Shown piece after piece: positions 37,543 to 49,938 of a stretch of DNA of 64,000 bases. Position numbers and translations under genes: made by a program. Positions within the stretch are counted from its first letter, which is position 1; each line of letters opens with the position of its first letter. The stretch comes from Malacoraja senta. Its lineage: Eukaryota. The stretch lies in the NCBI GenBank assembly GCA_038087875.1, contig CM076001.1:2046001-2110000 (forward strand), in the 5' to 3' direction. The notes below the pieces were generated by a model, which had not been told where the DNA came from, did no database searches, and saw only the letters and a program-made list of their open reading frames with translations.

Positions 37543-40500
37543 TTGTTTTTGCCGCCAAAGTGGATAACCTCACATTTATCTATATTATACTGCATCTGCC
37601 ACGCATCTGCCCACTCACTCAACCTGTCCATGTCACCCTGTATCCTCCTAACATCCTCTTTACAGTTCACACTGCCACCCAGCTTTATGTCATCCGCAAA
37701 CATGCTAGCGTTGCTCCTAATTCCATCTTCCAAATCATTCATATATATGGTAAACAGTTGCGGCCCCAACACCGAGCCTTGCGGCACTCCACTCACCACT
37801 GCCTGCCATTCTGAAAAGGACCCGGTCACTCCTACTCTTTGCTTCCGGTCTGCCAACCAATTTTCTATCCATGCCAACACCCTACCCCCAATACTATGTG
37901 CTCTAATTTTATTCACCAGTCTCCCATGCGGGGCCTTATCAAAGGCTTTCTGAAAGTCTAGATACACTACATCCACTGGCATCCCTTCATCCATTTTACT
38001 TGTCACATCCTCAAGAAATTCCAGAAGATTAGTCAAGCATGATTTCCCTTTCATAAATCCATTTTCACTAGGACTAATCATTTTACTGCTATCCAAATGC
38101 CCCATTATTACCTCTTTAATAATTGACTCCAGCATCTTTCCCACCACCGAAGTCAGCCTAACTGGTCTGTAATTCCCCGTTTTCACTCTCGCTCCTTTCT
38201 TGAAAACTTGGATAACATTAGCTATCCTCCAATCCACAGGAACTGATCCTGAATCTATTGAACATTGGAAAATGATCACCAATGCGTCCACTATTTCTAG
38301 AGCCACCTCCCTGAGGACCCTGGGATGCAGACCATCAGGCCCAGGGGATTTATCATCCTTCAGTCCCATTAGCCTACCCAATACTATTTCACGCCTAATG
38401 AAAATTTATTTCAATTTCTCTACCCCCTTAGATCCTCTGTCCTCCAGTACATCTGGGAGATTGTTTGTGTCTTCCTTAGTGAAGACAGATCCGAAGTACC
38501 TATTCAACTCTTCTGCCATTTCCTTGTGCCCATAATAATTTCACCCCTGTCTGCCTTCAAGGGACCCACATTTGACGTTGCTACTATTTTTCCCTTTACA
38601 TATCTTAAGAAGCTTTTACTGTCCTTCTTTATATTCCTGTCCAGCTTCCCCTCGTACTTCATCTTTTCAGCCCGTATTGCGCGTTTTGTTACCTTCTGTT
38701 GGCCTATGAAAGTTTCATAATCCTCTGGCTTCCGGCTACTCTTTGCTGTGTTATACATCTTTTCTTTTAGTTTTATTCTAGCCCTTACTTCTCTTGTCAA
38801 CCATGGTTGTCTCCTATTCCAGTTAGAATCTTTCTTCCTTTATGGAATGAAATGATCCTGCGTCTTCCGGATTATGCCCAGAAATTCCTGCCATTGCTGT
38901 TCCATCGTCATTCCTGCTATGATCACTATCCAGTCTACTTTGGTCAGCTCCACTCTCATGCCTTCATAGTCCCCTTTGTTCAACTGCATCACTGCCACTT
39001 CCGATTTAACGTTCTCCTTCTCAAATTGCAGATTAAAACTAATAATATTATGATCACTACCTACAAGCGGTTCCTTTACCTCGAGTTCTCTTATCATATC
39101 TGGTTCATTGGACAACACTAAATCCAGAATTGCCTTTTCTCTGGTCGGCTCCATTACAAGCTGCTCTAAAAATCCATTTCGGTGGCATTCTACAAACTCT
39201 CTTTCTTGGGGTCCTGAACCAACCTGATTTTCCCAGTCTACCTGCATATTGAAATCCCCCATCACCACAGTGGAATTACCTTTGTTACATGCCAGTTTTA
39301 ACTCCTGCTGCAACTTACACCCTACACCCGGGCTACTATTTGGGGGTCTGTAAATAACACAAATTCGTGTCTTCTTGCCTTTACAATTCCTCAACACAAT
39401 CCACAGTGACTCTACCTCGTCAGTCCCTATGTCTTCCCTCGCAAAGAACTGAATTCCCTCCCCCACCAGCAGAGCTACCCGCTTCCTCTGCCCACCTGCC
39501 TTTCATTTCTATAGGATGTATAACCCTGAATATTAAGTTCCCAGGCCCGATCCTCCTGCAGCCACGTCTCAGTAATCCCCACAATGTCATATCTACCAAC
39601 CCCTAACTGAGCCTCAAGCTCATCTACTTTACTTCTTCTACTTCGCGCATTCATATACAATACTTTTAATCCCTTACGCACCTCACCTTTCACATCGATC
39701 CCTACTACAATTGGCCATACTCTATATCCCTTTGTGAGCTTTCTTTCCCGTTAATTCGGGGGTCATTAACCATCCCTTTACTATCTTTCCCTTTAACTCC
39801 ATCCTCGACTATCCCATTTGACACCCCACCTCCCCTATTCAGTTTAAAACCACCCGTGTAGCAGTGGCAAACCTGCCTGCCAGAATGCGGGTCCCACACC
39901 TGTTAAGATGCAATCCGCCCCTTTTGTACAGTCCCCCCTTACTCCAAAACAGATCCCAGTAATCTAAGAATCTAAATCCCTGCCTCCTGCACCAGTTCCT
40001 CAGCCACACATGCAGGTCCCGTACCTCCCTGTTTCTGCTCTCGCCAGCACGAGGAACTGGAAGCAAACCGGAGATAACAACTCTGGAGGTCCTGCTTTTC
40101 AGCATTCTTCCCAGCTCTCTAAAGTCACGCTGCAGAATATTCATCCCCTTCTTTCCGACGTCGTTTGTGCCGACATGCACTACCACTTCCGGCAGTTCAC
40201 CTTCGCCCTTGAGGATTTTCTGCACTCTCTCCGTGACATCCTGGATCCTGGCACCAGGAAGGCAGCACACCATCCTCGAATCCCGTCTATTGCCGCAGAA
40301 ACCCCTGTCCGTACCTCTCACAATGGAGTCTCCTACTACAATGGCGTTGTCTGACGTTGGCCTCTTTGGTTTTGGCTCAACAGCCCTTTTTGCTTCGCAG
40401 GCCAGTCCGCCGCTCAGTCTGATAACGTCTTCTGTCCCGACAGCTTCTAAGTGGGTGAACATGTTCACAAGAAGTACAACACCCGGGGACGTTTAGCATT

Positions 40501-43500
40501 CCATGTTTCCCTCCCTTTCTCACCGTCACCCACCTTCTCTCTTCCAGTACCTTAGGTGTAACAATCTTACTGTAGGAAGAGGAACGGCTCAGTTTCTCGG
40601 ACGAACCTGAGGTCATCCACTTGCTTCTCCAGTTCCCCAACACTGTCCTTCAGGAGTTGTACCTGGATGTACTTCTCACATTTGTAGCAGCGGTGTCATT
40701 GACCTCCCACATACTGCAAGCATCACACTGAATCAGCTTACCTGACATTTCCTTCTTCGTCTCTCCCTCTCCAGCGTTTTGCGTAGCCTCCTCTCCTCAG
40801 CCTCCTCGCCGAAGACTCTCGAGCCAAAGACTCACTCTTTTCTCACAGGGCACTTCCCTCACAAGGCCGATCCCTCACTGCCGCTCCCTAAGACCCGTCT
40901 TGCTTATATTGACTGATAAATTCTCTTTGTTGCTGTAGCTTCAAAATCGACGGGAGTTCTGAGTAAAGTCTGCCTGTGCTTTGCCTCTCCTTTTCAACTC
41001 TTTCCCCCCTCTGACTCACTTCTAACTCGCCTCCCATCTCGGGCTAGACCCAATCAGTGTTTTCTCCTGATCTGTTCTGTAGTCAGGCCTACTATGTTCT
41101 GATCTGCTGAAGCAAAGCAAGAATTTCATTGTCCTATCAGGGACACATGACAATAAATTCTCTTGAATCTTAAATCTTGAATGATCACATTGAATGGCGG
41201 TGTTGGCTCGAAGGGCCGAATGGCCTACTCCTTCGCCGATTGTCTGTTGAAAAGGAGCTAATCAGCTACCTTCCAACTCCGTCTTATTTGCAGGACATTC
41301 TCTCTCTGCTTCCAGACGCATAAACTAATTTACTGCACAAACACATGTGTTACTTTTTAAGGTAGTGGGCTCGACTGTTGTCTCACTAGAGCCCTATACA
41401 ACTGCAGAAGAACCTCTTTACTCCTATACTGAAATCCTCTTGTTATGAAGGCCAACATTCCATTAGATTTCTTCACTGCCTGCTGTACCTGCACGCCAAC
41501 TTTCAGTGACCTGTTTACATGGACACACGGGTCTCGCTGTACCTCCCCCTTACCTAACCTAACCCCATTGAGATAATAATCTGCCTCCTTGTTTTTGCCG
41601 CCAAAGTGGATAACCTCACATTTATCTATATTATACTGCATCTGCCACGCATCTGCCCACTCACTCAACCTGTCCATGTCACCCTGTATCCTCCTAACAT
41701 CCTCTTTACAGTTCACACTGCCACCCAGCTTTGTGTCATCCGCAAACATGCTAGCGTTGCTCCTAATTCCATCTTCCAAATCATTCATATATATGGTAAA
41801 CAGTTGCGGCCCCAACACCGAGCCTTGCGGCACTCCACTCACCACTGCCTGCCATTCTGAAAAGGACCCGGTCACTCCTACTCTTTGCTTCCGGTCTGCC
41901 AACCAATTTTCTATCCATGCCAACACCCTACCCCCAATACCATGGGCTCTAATTTTATTCACCAGTCTCCCATGCGGGGCCTTATCAAAGGCTTTCTGAA
42001 AGTCTAGATACACTACATCCACTGGCATCCCTTCATCCATTTTACTGGTCACATCCTCAAGAAATTCCAGAAGATTAGTCAAGCATGATTTCCCTTTCAT
42101 AAATCCATTTTCACTAGGACTAATCATTTTACTGCTATCCAAATGCCCCATTATTACCTCTTTAATAATTGACTCCAGCATCTTTCCCACCACCGAAGTC
42201 AGCCTAACTGGTCTGTAATTCCCCGTTTTCACTCTCGCTCCTTTCTTGAAAACTTGGATAACATTAGCTATCCTCCAATCCACAGGAACTGATCCTGAAT
42301 CTATTGAACATTGGAAAATGATCACCAATGCGTCCACTATTTCTAGAGCCACCTCCCTGAGCACTCTGGGAAGCAGACCATCAGGCCCAGTGGATTTATA
42401 ATCCTTCAGTCCCATTAGCCTACCCAATACTATTTCACGCCTAATGAAAATTTATTTCAGTTTCTCTACCCCCTTAGATCCTCTGTCCTCCAGTACATCT
42501 GGGAGATTGTTTGTGTCTTCCTTAGTGAAGACAGATCCGAAGTACCTATTCAACTCTTCTGCCATTTCCTTGTGCCCATAATAATTTCACCCCTGTCTGC
42601 CTTCAAGGGACCCACATTTGACGTTGCTACTATTTTTCCCTTTACATATCTTAAGAAGCTTTTACTGTCCTTCTTTATATTCCTGTCCAGCTTCCCCTCG
42701 TACTTCATCTTTTCAGCCCGTATTGCGCGTTTTGTTACCTTCTGTTGTCCTATGAAAGTTTCCGAATCCTCTGGCTTCCGGCTACTCTTTGCTGTGTTAT
42801 ACATCTTTTCTTTTAGTTTTATTCTATCCCTTACTTCTCTTGTCAACCACGGTTGTCTCCTATTCCCGTTAGAATCTTTCTTCCTTTATGGAATGAAATG
42901 ATCCTGCGTCTTCCGGATTATGCCCAGAAATTCCTGCCATTGCTGTTCCATCGTCATTCCTGCTATGATCACTATCCAGTCTACTTTGGTCAGCTCCACT
43001 CTCATGCCTTCATAGTCCCCTTTGTTCAACTGCATCACTGCCACTTCCGATTTAACGTTCTCCTTCTCAAATTGCAGATTAAAACTAATAATATTATGAT
43101 CACTACCTACAAGCGGTTCATTTACCTCGAGTTCTCTTATCATATCTGGTTCATTGGACAACACTAAATCCAGAATTGCCTTTTCTCTGGTCGGCTCCAT
43201 TACAAGCTGCTCTAAAAATCCATTTCGGTGGCATTCTACAAACTCTCTTTCTTGGGGTCCTGAACCAACCTGATTTTTCCAGTCTACCTGCATATTGAAA
43301 TCCCCCATCACCACAGTGGAATTACCTTTGTTACATGCCAGTTTTAACTCCTGCTGCAACTTACACCCTACACCCGGGCTACTATTTGGGGGTCTGTAAA
43401 TAACACAAATTCGTGTCTTCTTGCCTTTACAATTCCTCAACACAATCCACAGTGACTCTACCTCGTCAGTCCCTATGTCTTCCCTCGCAAAGAACTGAAT

Positions 43501-46500
43501 TCCCTCCCCCACCAGCAGAGCTACCAGCTTCCTCTGCCCACCTGCCTTTCATTTCTATAGGATGTATAACCCTGAATATTAAGTTCCCAGGCCCGATCCT
43601 CCTGCAGCCACGTCTCAGTAATCCCCACAATGTCATATCTACCAACCCCTAACTGAGCCTCAAGCTCATCTACTTTACTTCTTCTACTTCGCGCATTCAT
43701 ATACAATACTTTTAATCCCTTACGCACCTCACCTTTCACATCGATCCCTACTACAATTGGCCATACTCTATATCCCTTTGTGAGCTTTCTTTCCCGTTAA
43801 TTCGGGGGTCATTAACCATCCCTTTACTCTCTTTCCCTTTAACTCCATCCTCGACTATCCCATTTGACACCCCACCTCCGCTATTCAGTTTAAAACCACC
43901 CGTGTAGCAGTGGCAAATCTGCCTGCCAGAATGCGGGTCCCACACCTGTTAAGATGCAATCCGCCCCTTTTGTACAGTCCCCCCTTACTCCAAAACAGAT
44001 CCCAGTAATCTAAGAATCTAAATCCCTGCCTCCTGCACCAGTTCCTCAGCCACACATGCAGGTCCCGTACCTCCCTGTTTCTGCTCTCGCCAGCACGAGG
44101 AACTGGAAGCAAACCGGATATAACAACTCTGGAGGTCCTGCTTTTCAGCATTCTTCCCAGCTCTCTAAAGTCACGCTGCAGAATATTCATCCCCTTCTTT
44201 CCGACGTCGTTTGTGCCGACATGTACTACCACTTCCGGCAGTTCACCTTCGCCCTTGAGGATTTTCTGCACTCTGTCCGTGACATCCTGGATCCTGGCAC
44301 CAGGAAGGCAGTACACCATCCTCGAATACCGTCTATTGCCGCAGAAACCCCTGTCCGTACCTCTCACAATGGAGTCTCCAACTACAATGGCGTTGTCTGA
44401 CGTTGGCCTCTTTGGTTTTGGCTCAACAGCCCTTTTTGCTTCGCAAGCCAGTCCGCCGCTCAGTGTGATAACGTCTTCTGTCCCGACAGCTTCTAAGTGG
44501 GTGAACCTGTTCACAAGAGGTACAACACCCGGGGACGTTTGCATTCCATGTGTCCCTCCCTTTCTCACCGTCACCCACCTTCTCTCTTCCAGTCCTTACG
44601 TGTAACAATCTTACTGTAGGAAGAGGAACGGCTCAGTTTCTCGGACGAACCTGAGGTCATCCACTTGCTTCTCCAGTTTCTCACCACTATCCTTCAGGAG
44701 CTGTACCTGGATGTACTTCTCGCATTTGTAGCAGCGGTGTCATTGACCTCCCACATACTGCAAGCATCACACTGAATCAGCTTACCTGACATTTCCTTCT
44801 TTCGTCTCTCCCTCTCCAACGTTTTGCGTAGCCTCCTCTCCTCAGCCTCCTCGCCGAAGACTCTCGAGCCAAAGACTCACTCTTTTCTCACAGGGCACTT
44901 CCCTCACAAGGCAGATCCCTCACTGCCGCTCCCTAAGAGCCGTCTTGCTTATATTGACTGATAAATTATCTTTGTTGCTGTAGCTTCAAAATCCACGGGA
45001 GTTCTGAGTAAAGTCTGCCTGTGCTTTGCCTCTCCTTTTCAACTCTTTCCCCGCTCTGACTCACTTCTAACTCTCCTCCCACTCGGGCTAGAGCCAATCA
45101 GTGTTTTCTCCTGATCTGTTCTGTAGTCATGCCTACTATGTTCTGATATGCTGAAGCAAAGCAATAATTTCATTGTCATATCAGGGACACATGACAATAC
45201 ATTCTCTTGAATTTTAAATCTTGAATGATCACATTGAATGGCGGTGTTGGCTCGAAGGGCCGAATGGCCTACTGCTTCGCCGAATGTCTATTGAAAAGGA
45301 GCTAATCAGCTATCTTCCAACCGTCTTATTTGCAGGACTTTCTCTCTCTGTTTCGAGACCCAGAAACTAATTAACTGCACAAGCACATGTGTTACTGTTT
45401 AAGCTAGGGGGCTCGACTGTTGCAAGTAAATTAACAGGCACAATCCTCGGCAACGTGCAGGCTCTGCGATCGTTTCGTTGAACACCTCAGCTCAATTCGC
45501 CTAAAACTGCTTGATCTCCCGCTTGCTAAACACTTTAACTCCCCCTTCCATTCCACACTGACCTCTCTGTGCTGGGTCTCCTGCATTGTTGGAGGAGTCA
45601 AAATTGTCCCCTCTTACTTTTTACTCGAATCTGCTTGATAACGTACCCTGCTTCTGCAAAGTATTTTACACTTCAACCGCGTGGAGAGTTTACGAATGGC
45701 AACGGCGTTTTTAAACCCCTTGCCTACCGTTCCTCCTCATTCTGTTGCTCAAACTGCAGACGGTCAGACAAACCTTGGCGGTCAATAGAGCCCGCGGGAG
45801 ACTCCGGGCTGAGAATAATGGAGAAAACAGTGAGCTAGCAATGAAGAACAGAGGAATGTCCATCATCTTACTGATGGCAATCTAGTGAAGCTGTATCCTG
45901 TTGCGTTCGCATTACCTTGTAAATTTTATATTTGTAAAAGTTACAAGCATTAGCTGTGCTAGCCGGTTTAATGCCACTGATCCAAAGTTTAACCTCCAAG
46001 AAAGTGGATGCATTCTGGTGCTTCTGAACTCCACCAACTCGTGCATTTATGAAGGGACGCAGGCAAAATTCCGAGAGTATTTGAAGAATACGGCTAAATA
46101 CCCCCTGGGTCTATTTAGACGAATGTTTACATATTATGAACGTCTCTAAAGTAAGCGGGTGATTTACATTTTTATTTTCACTAACACAGTTAATGCGAGT
46201 GAACTCATAAGGGAGGGTGTTATATGGTGATATGGTTATGTCATTGGGGCAGTCAAGAAGACCTGTAGAATATTTCGAGCTAAATTTCCATGAAAGTTTA
46301 CATATATATCCTGTTCACTCTTTTAAGCGAATGTCGACGGTATTGGGCAGAAATTAATTTGTTTGGGGGCACTAATTTGTAGTGAATCTAATAGGATGCT
46401 GTGTTGCTTCAGTGGGGAAGGAGGGAACTAGTTGCAGTTCTATACGTGACCGCGCGAGGGCGCGTTCCTTTTAGAACTGGTACTTCACAGTTGCATCCGA

Positions 46501-47329
46501 TGAAATCAGTGCTTCGTTGTATTGTCTTCGAGTAACACATCTAGTACCTGTTCTTTTACACAAAGACCCCTTATAGAAATTTAAATCTCTGGTAAAATAA
46601 CATTTTAATGGCATAAATCAAGGCCACTAATCAAGTCATTCTGATGTATATTAAATTGGACTTAGAGATTCCTGTCATTAAAAATCGACGTCTGACATGT
46701 TCTTCATTTTAGTCCATGTTACATTGTGCAGCTTACACTGAGTGATGCAATGAAGCCCGGGTAACTGATCGTATAGATGTATACCCTATTTTCTTAGAAG
46801 CATGCTGTTCACGTGCTGGTCGTACATTGTTGGAACAAACTCATCTCGTTTGTGATTGCAAATAAAATTTGACGGCCCAGATATTTAACTTTCTATTATT
46901 TTAATTGGGACAATGGAGCGAGGCAGGAATATACAGTGGACTGCGCCGTGTTTCACACCGCGCCGTGAGCTTTTCTGGTATTTCTGTTCCAGGCACTCCC
47001 AATTCTATGTCCCATAATACACTGTCAGGACTGGTCACATGTGGAGCCCGGCTCCCTCTGTGCATCCTCATCAAATACATTCCCATTCAATTCCCCCATG
47101 GACCACATTCAGCGACTTTGTTTCAAGTCATAAAATGATATAGCACGTAAACAGACCCTTCGGTCGAACGTCCATGCCGATCAACATGTCCCATTCCAGA
47201 TAATCCCATTTGCCCGCGGTCACCGTTAAATCAATCCTATCCATTTGCCCGCTCAAATGTATTTCAAATAGTATTATACATCCTGTCTCAACTAACACCT
47301 CTGGCAGTTAGTTCCTTGTAGACAATAGA

Positions 47330-48505
47330 CTAAAGACAATAGACAAGAGGTGCAGGAGTAGGACATTCGGTTATTTGAGCCAGAACCGCCATTCACTGTG
47401 ATCATGGCTGATCATCCACATTCAGTGCCCCGTTCCTGCCTTCTCACCATATCCGCTGACCCCGCTATCTTTAAGAGCTCCATCTAACTCTCTCTTGAAA
47501 ACATCCAGAGAATTGGTCTCCACTGCTTTCTCAGTCAGCGAATTACACAGATTCACAACACTCTGAGTGAAAACGTTTTCCCTCATCTCCGTTCGAAATA
47601 CCCTACACCTTATTCTTAAATTGTGGCTCCTAGTTCAGGACTCTCTCAACATCGGGAACATGGATCCTGCCTCCATCGTGTCCAAGCCCTTAATAATATT
47701 TTATGTTTCAATAAGATCCCCTCTCATCTTACTAAATTCCAGTCTATGTAAGCCCATCCGCTCGATTCTATCCACATATGACAGTCCCGCCATCCCGGGA
47801 ATTAACCTCGTAAACGTACGGTGCACTCCTTCAATAGCAGGAATGCCGTTCCTCAAATCGGGAGACCAAAACTGCACACAATACTCCAGGTGTGGTCTCA
47901 TTAGGGCTCTGAACAACTGCAGAAGGACCTCTTGCTCCTATACTCAATTCCTCTCGTTATGAGCTTTCTGCACTGCTCCTATACCTGCATGCTTACTTTC
48001 AGTGAGTGATGAACAAGAAGCCCCAGGTGATACCCATCACCTTCTCAAGTGCAAAGGTTTCCCTCCTGTTCCTGTTAAATATTTCCCCTCTCACCTTTAA
48101 CCTAATTCCTCTCGGACTTGATTCTCCAACTCTGGGTAAAGGACAGTGTGCATTCACGTTCTCCAATCCGCTAATGATTTCATACACTCTGCCTCCAGCG
48201 CTCAAGATATCAGAGATCCGCCGTGGAAACAGGACCTTCGTCCCACAGAATCCGCGCTTACCAACGATCACCAACAGTAGGACTATCCAGCAAGCTAGAG
48301 ACAAGTTACAATTAACAGACGTTAAAAATAAACTATATTTCTGTACGTATTTCTAGTCTGGGAGGTAACCGGAACACCCGGAGAAAACCCAGGCAGTCTT
48401 CGGGAGAATTTGAAAAATCGCTACTGACAGCACCGTACTCAAGTTCTAATCCGGGTGTCTGACACTGTAAGGGAGCAACATTACCGCTACGACACTATGC
48501 CGCCT
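47330..48505 (-). mobile_element. CR1 3' fragment(s) plus HE1-like SINE (paralog of 7890-8952)
   Basis: [13 protein letters not shown] (47701-47916); SINE body at ~48290-48505. Confidence 0.8.
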
Positions 48506-49434
48506 AATTTAGTCCTACCCAGCTCAACCGATCCTTTTTGCGTAGTCGCTCGAGGGAGTATAGTTGAGCTGTGATCTGGAACAACCATCTAGTGGAGGCG
48601 TTGTCATGTTGCTGTTGTGGGGGAATTCCCAGACTATAGCGATGCAGATAAGTAATTCAGTACCGGCTCATTGAGCTCATTGAGCACAAACAGTAATGAC
48701 TGCTTTAAGGTATTTGCACATTTGTGCTGTCGCCCATTGGGAAAGGCGCCAGGCGTATTTAAAGCGTTTAATTTCACTGCCCTCACGTGAATATCCATCA
48801 GGTGATTTACTTTAGCAGTTGCTGTAGCTATGCATCTGGTGTCCAGGGATATATCCAGCGACTCAGATCTGGATTACTCAGCAGGGCTCAATGGTGAACC
48901 ACCCAACTGCATTACTGCTAATCTGCCATTTGCGGTAGTATCTTTTGGTTTATAGACTCTTCCTATGCTTCCCGCGTCCCGGACGATTTTGCTGCTATTA
49001 GTGAAGGCCAATCACGACCTGAAATTAGAAAGTCTGTCAGGGTGTCGGTTAATCGGAATTGGTAAACGTAATTCTGACAATTCCGGGCCGGCCCATCCCC
49101 CATCCAGTGACACCCTCGTTTCTATAATTAAAACAGAAAATTCTGCTGTTATTAAACAGGTTATCCAGGACTGAGAGAGAGTGAAACAGAACAAACGTTT
49201 CAAATCTCTGGTCACATTTCCTATCCCGCGGCCAAGTGTCGTAAGAGCTCTTGTAATTATCTGCAGCTAGCGGCTAAGGATATGGAAACGGATACCGGAG
49301 AAGCAGCTCGCAGTTGGAAACAACAAAACCACGAGGACACATGCACAGAATGAAAGCAAACCGACAACCGAGAGAGAACAGGAAAGCAGGCACATCCAAC
49401 CGCATCAGCGGAGCAGAGAACAAGACAAAGGCGA

Positions 49435-49472
49435 TGTTTTTGTAAGGGGCTTAACTTGTTTCCATCACTGTG
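49435..49472 (-). promoter_or_regulatory. V(D)J recombination signal sequence, 23-type (22-nt spacer)
   Basis: CACAGTG 49472-49466, spacer 49465-49444, nonamer ACAAAAACA 49443-49435. Confidence 0.92.
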
Positions 49473-49938
49473 CGCTTCAGTGCGCAGTAATAGACTGCAG
49501 AGTCGCTGAGATCCATCCCTGAGATACTCAAGCTGGTGAACTTAGTGGCGGTATTGAGCACAATAGAGAAACGAGTATCAACGTATTGGGCCTTATCTTC
49601 ATATCCGTTGGTGTCTCTCAACATAGTAAACTCGGGCTGCATGCCTGGATATTGTCGGTACCATAATAAAGTGTATGTACTCCATGTGGTATCATAGTTA
49701 CAGGTTAAAGTCAGCGCTTCTCCTTTTGTCTTCTTCGCCGAGGGCAGTGGCTGTGTGACAGATTCTCCGTGAATCGTGACTGTAAAATAAATATATTGAG
49801 ATAGTAACAGACACCGGAGTGCCATGAGATTGCACTTCTCAAAACCTGACTGAGAAGGGCGAGGGGAACTGAAATATTTTATACAGAATTACCTGTCAGA
49901 AACGCTCCCCACACTACACAGATGCAGAGGAAACGCAT
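49473..49938 (-). CDS. Apparently functional TCR alpha/delta-type V gene segment
   Basis: Leader exon 49938-49893 (MRFLCICVVWGAFLT), intron 49892-49780 (GTAATT..TTTTACAG), V exon 49779-49473: VTIHG-ESVTQPLPSAKKTKGEALTLTC..WYRQYPG..RFSI..SLSISGMDLSDSAVYYCALK. Both Ig cysteines and the conserved Trp are present; RSS adjacent. Confidence 0.93.

Larger units (their letters stand above)
22890..45422 (-). repeat. Tandem triplication of a ~4.04-kb unit (5' ~3.3 kb of the CR1 plus flank)
   Basis: Junctions 'gggctcgac-TGTTG-tctcactag' at 32585 and 41376 join flank to CR1 RT. Units 22890-32584, 32585-41375 and 41376-45417; each ~4.04 kb after removing insertions. Confidence 0.9.

Noticed and set aside
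32803-45422. Long direct repeats as CRISPR or other prokaryotic system
   Set aside because: Repeats are LTRs and LINE-derived tandem units; the sequence is vertebrate with spliceosomal introns.
49780-49825. Intronless leader MALRCLLLSQYIYF for the V segment
   Set aside because: It lies inside a canonical 113-nt intron; a proper leader exon with GT donor exists at 49938-49893 and in the paralog.
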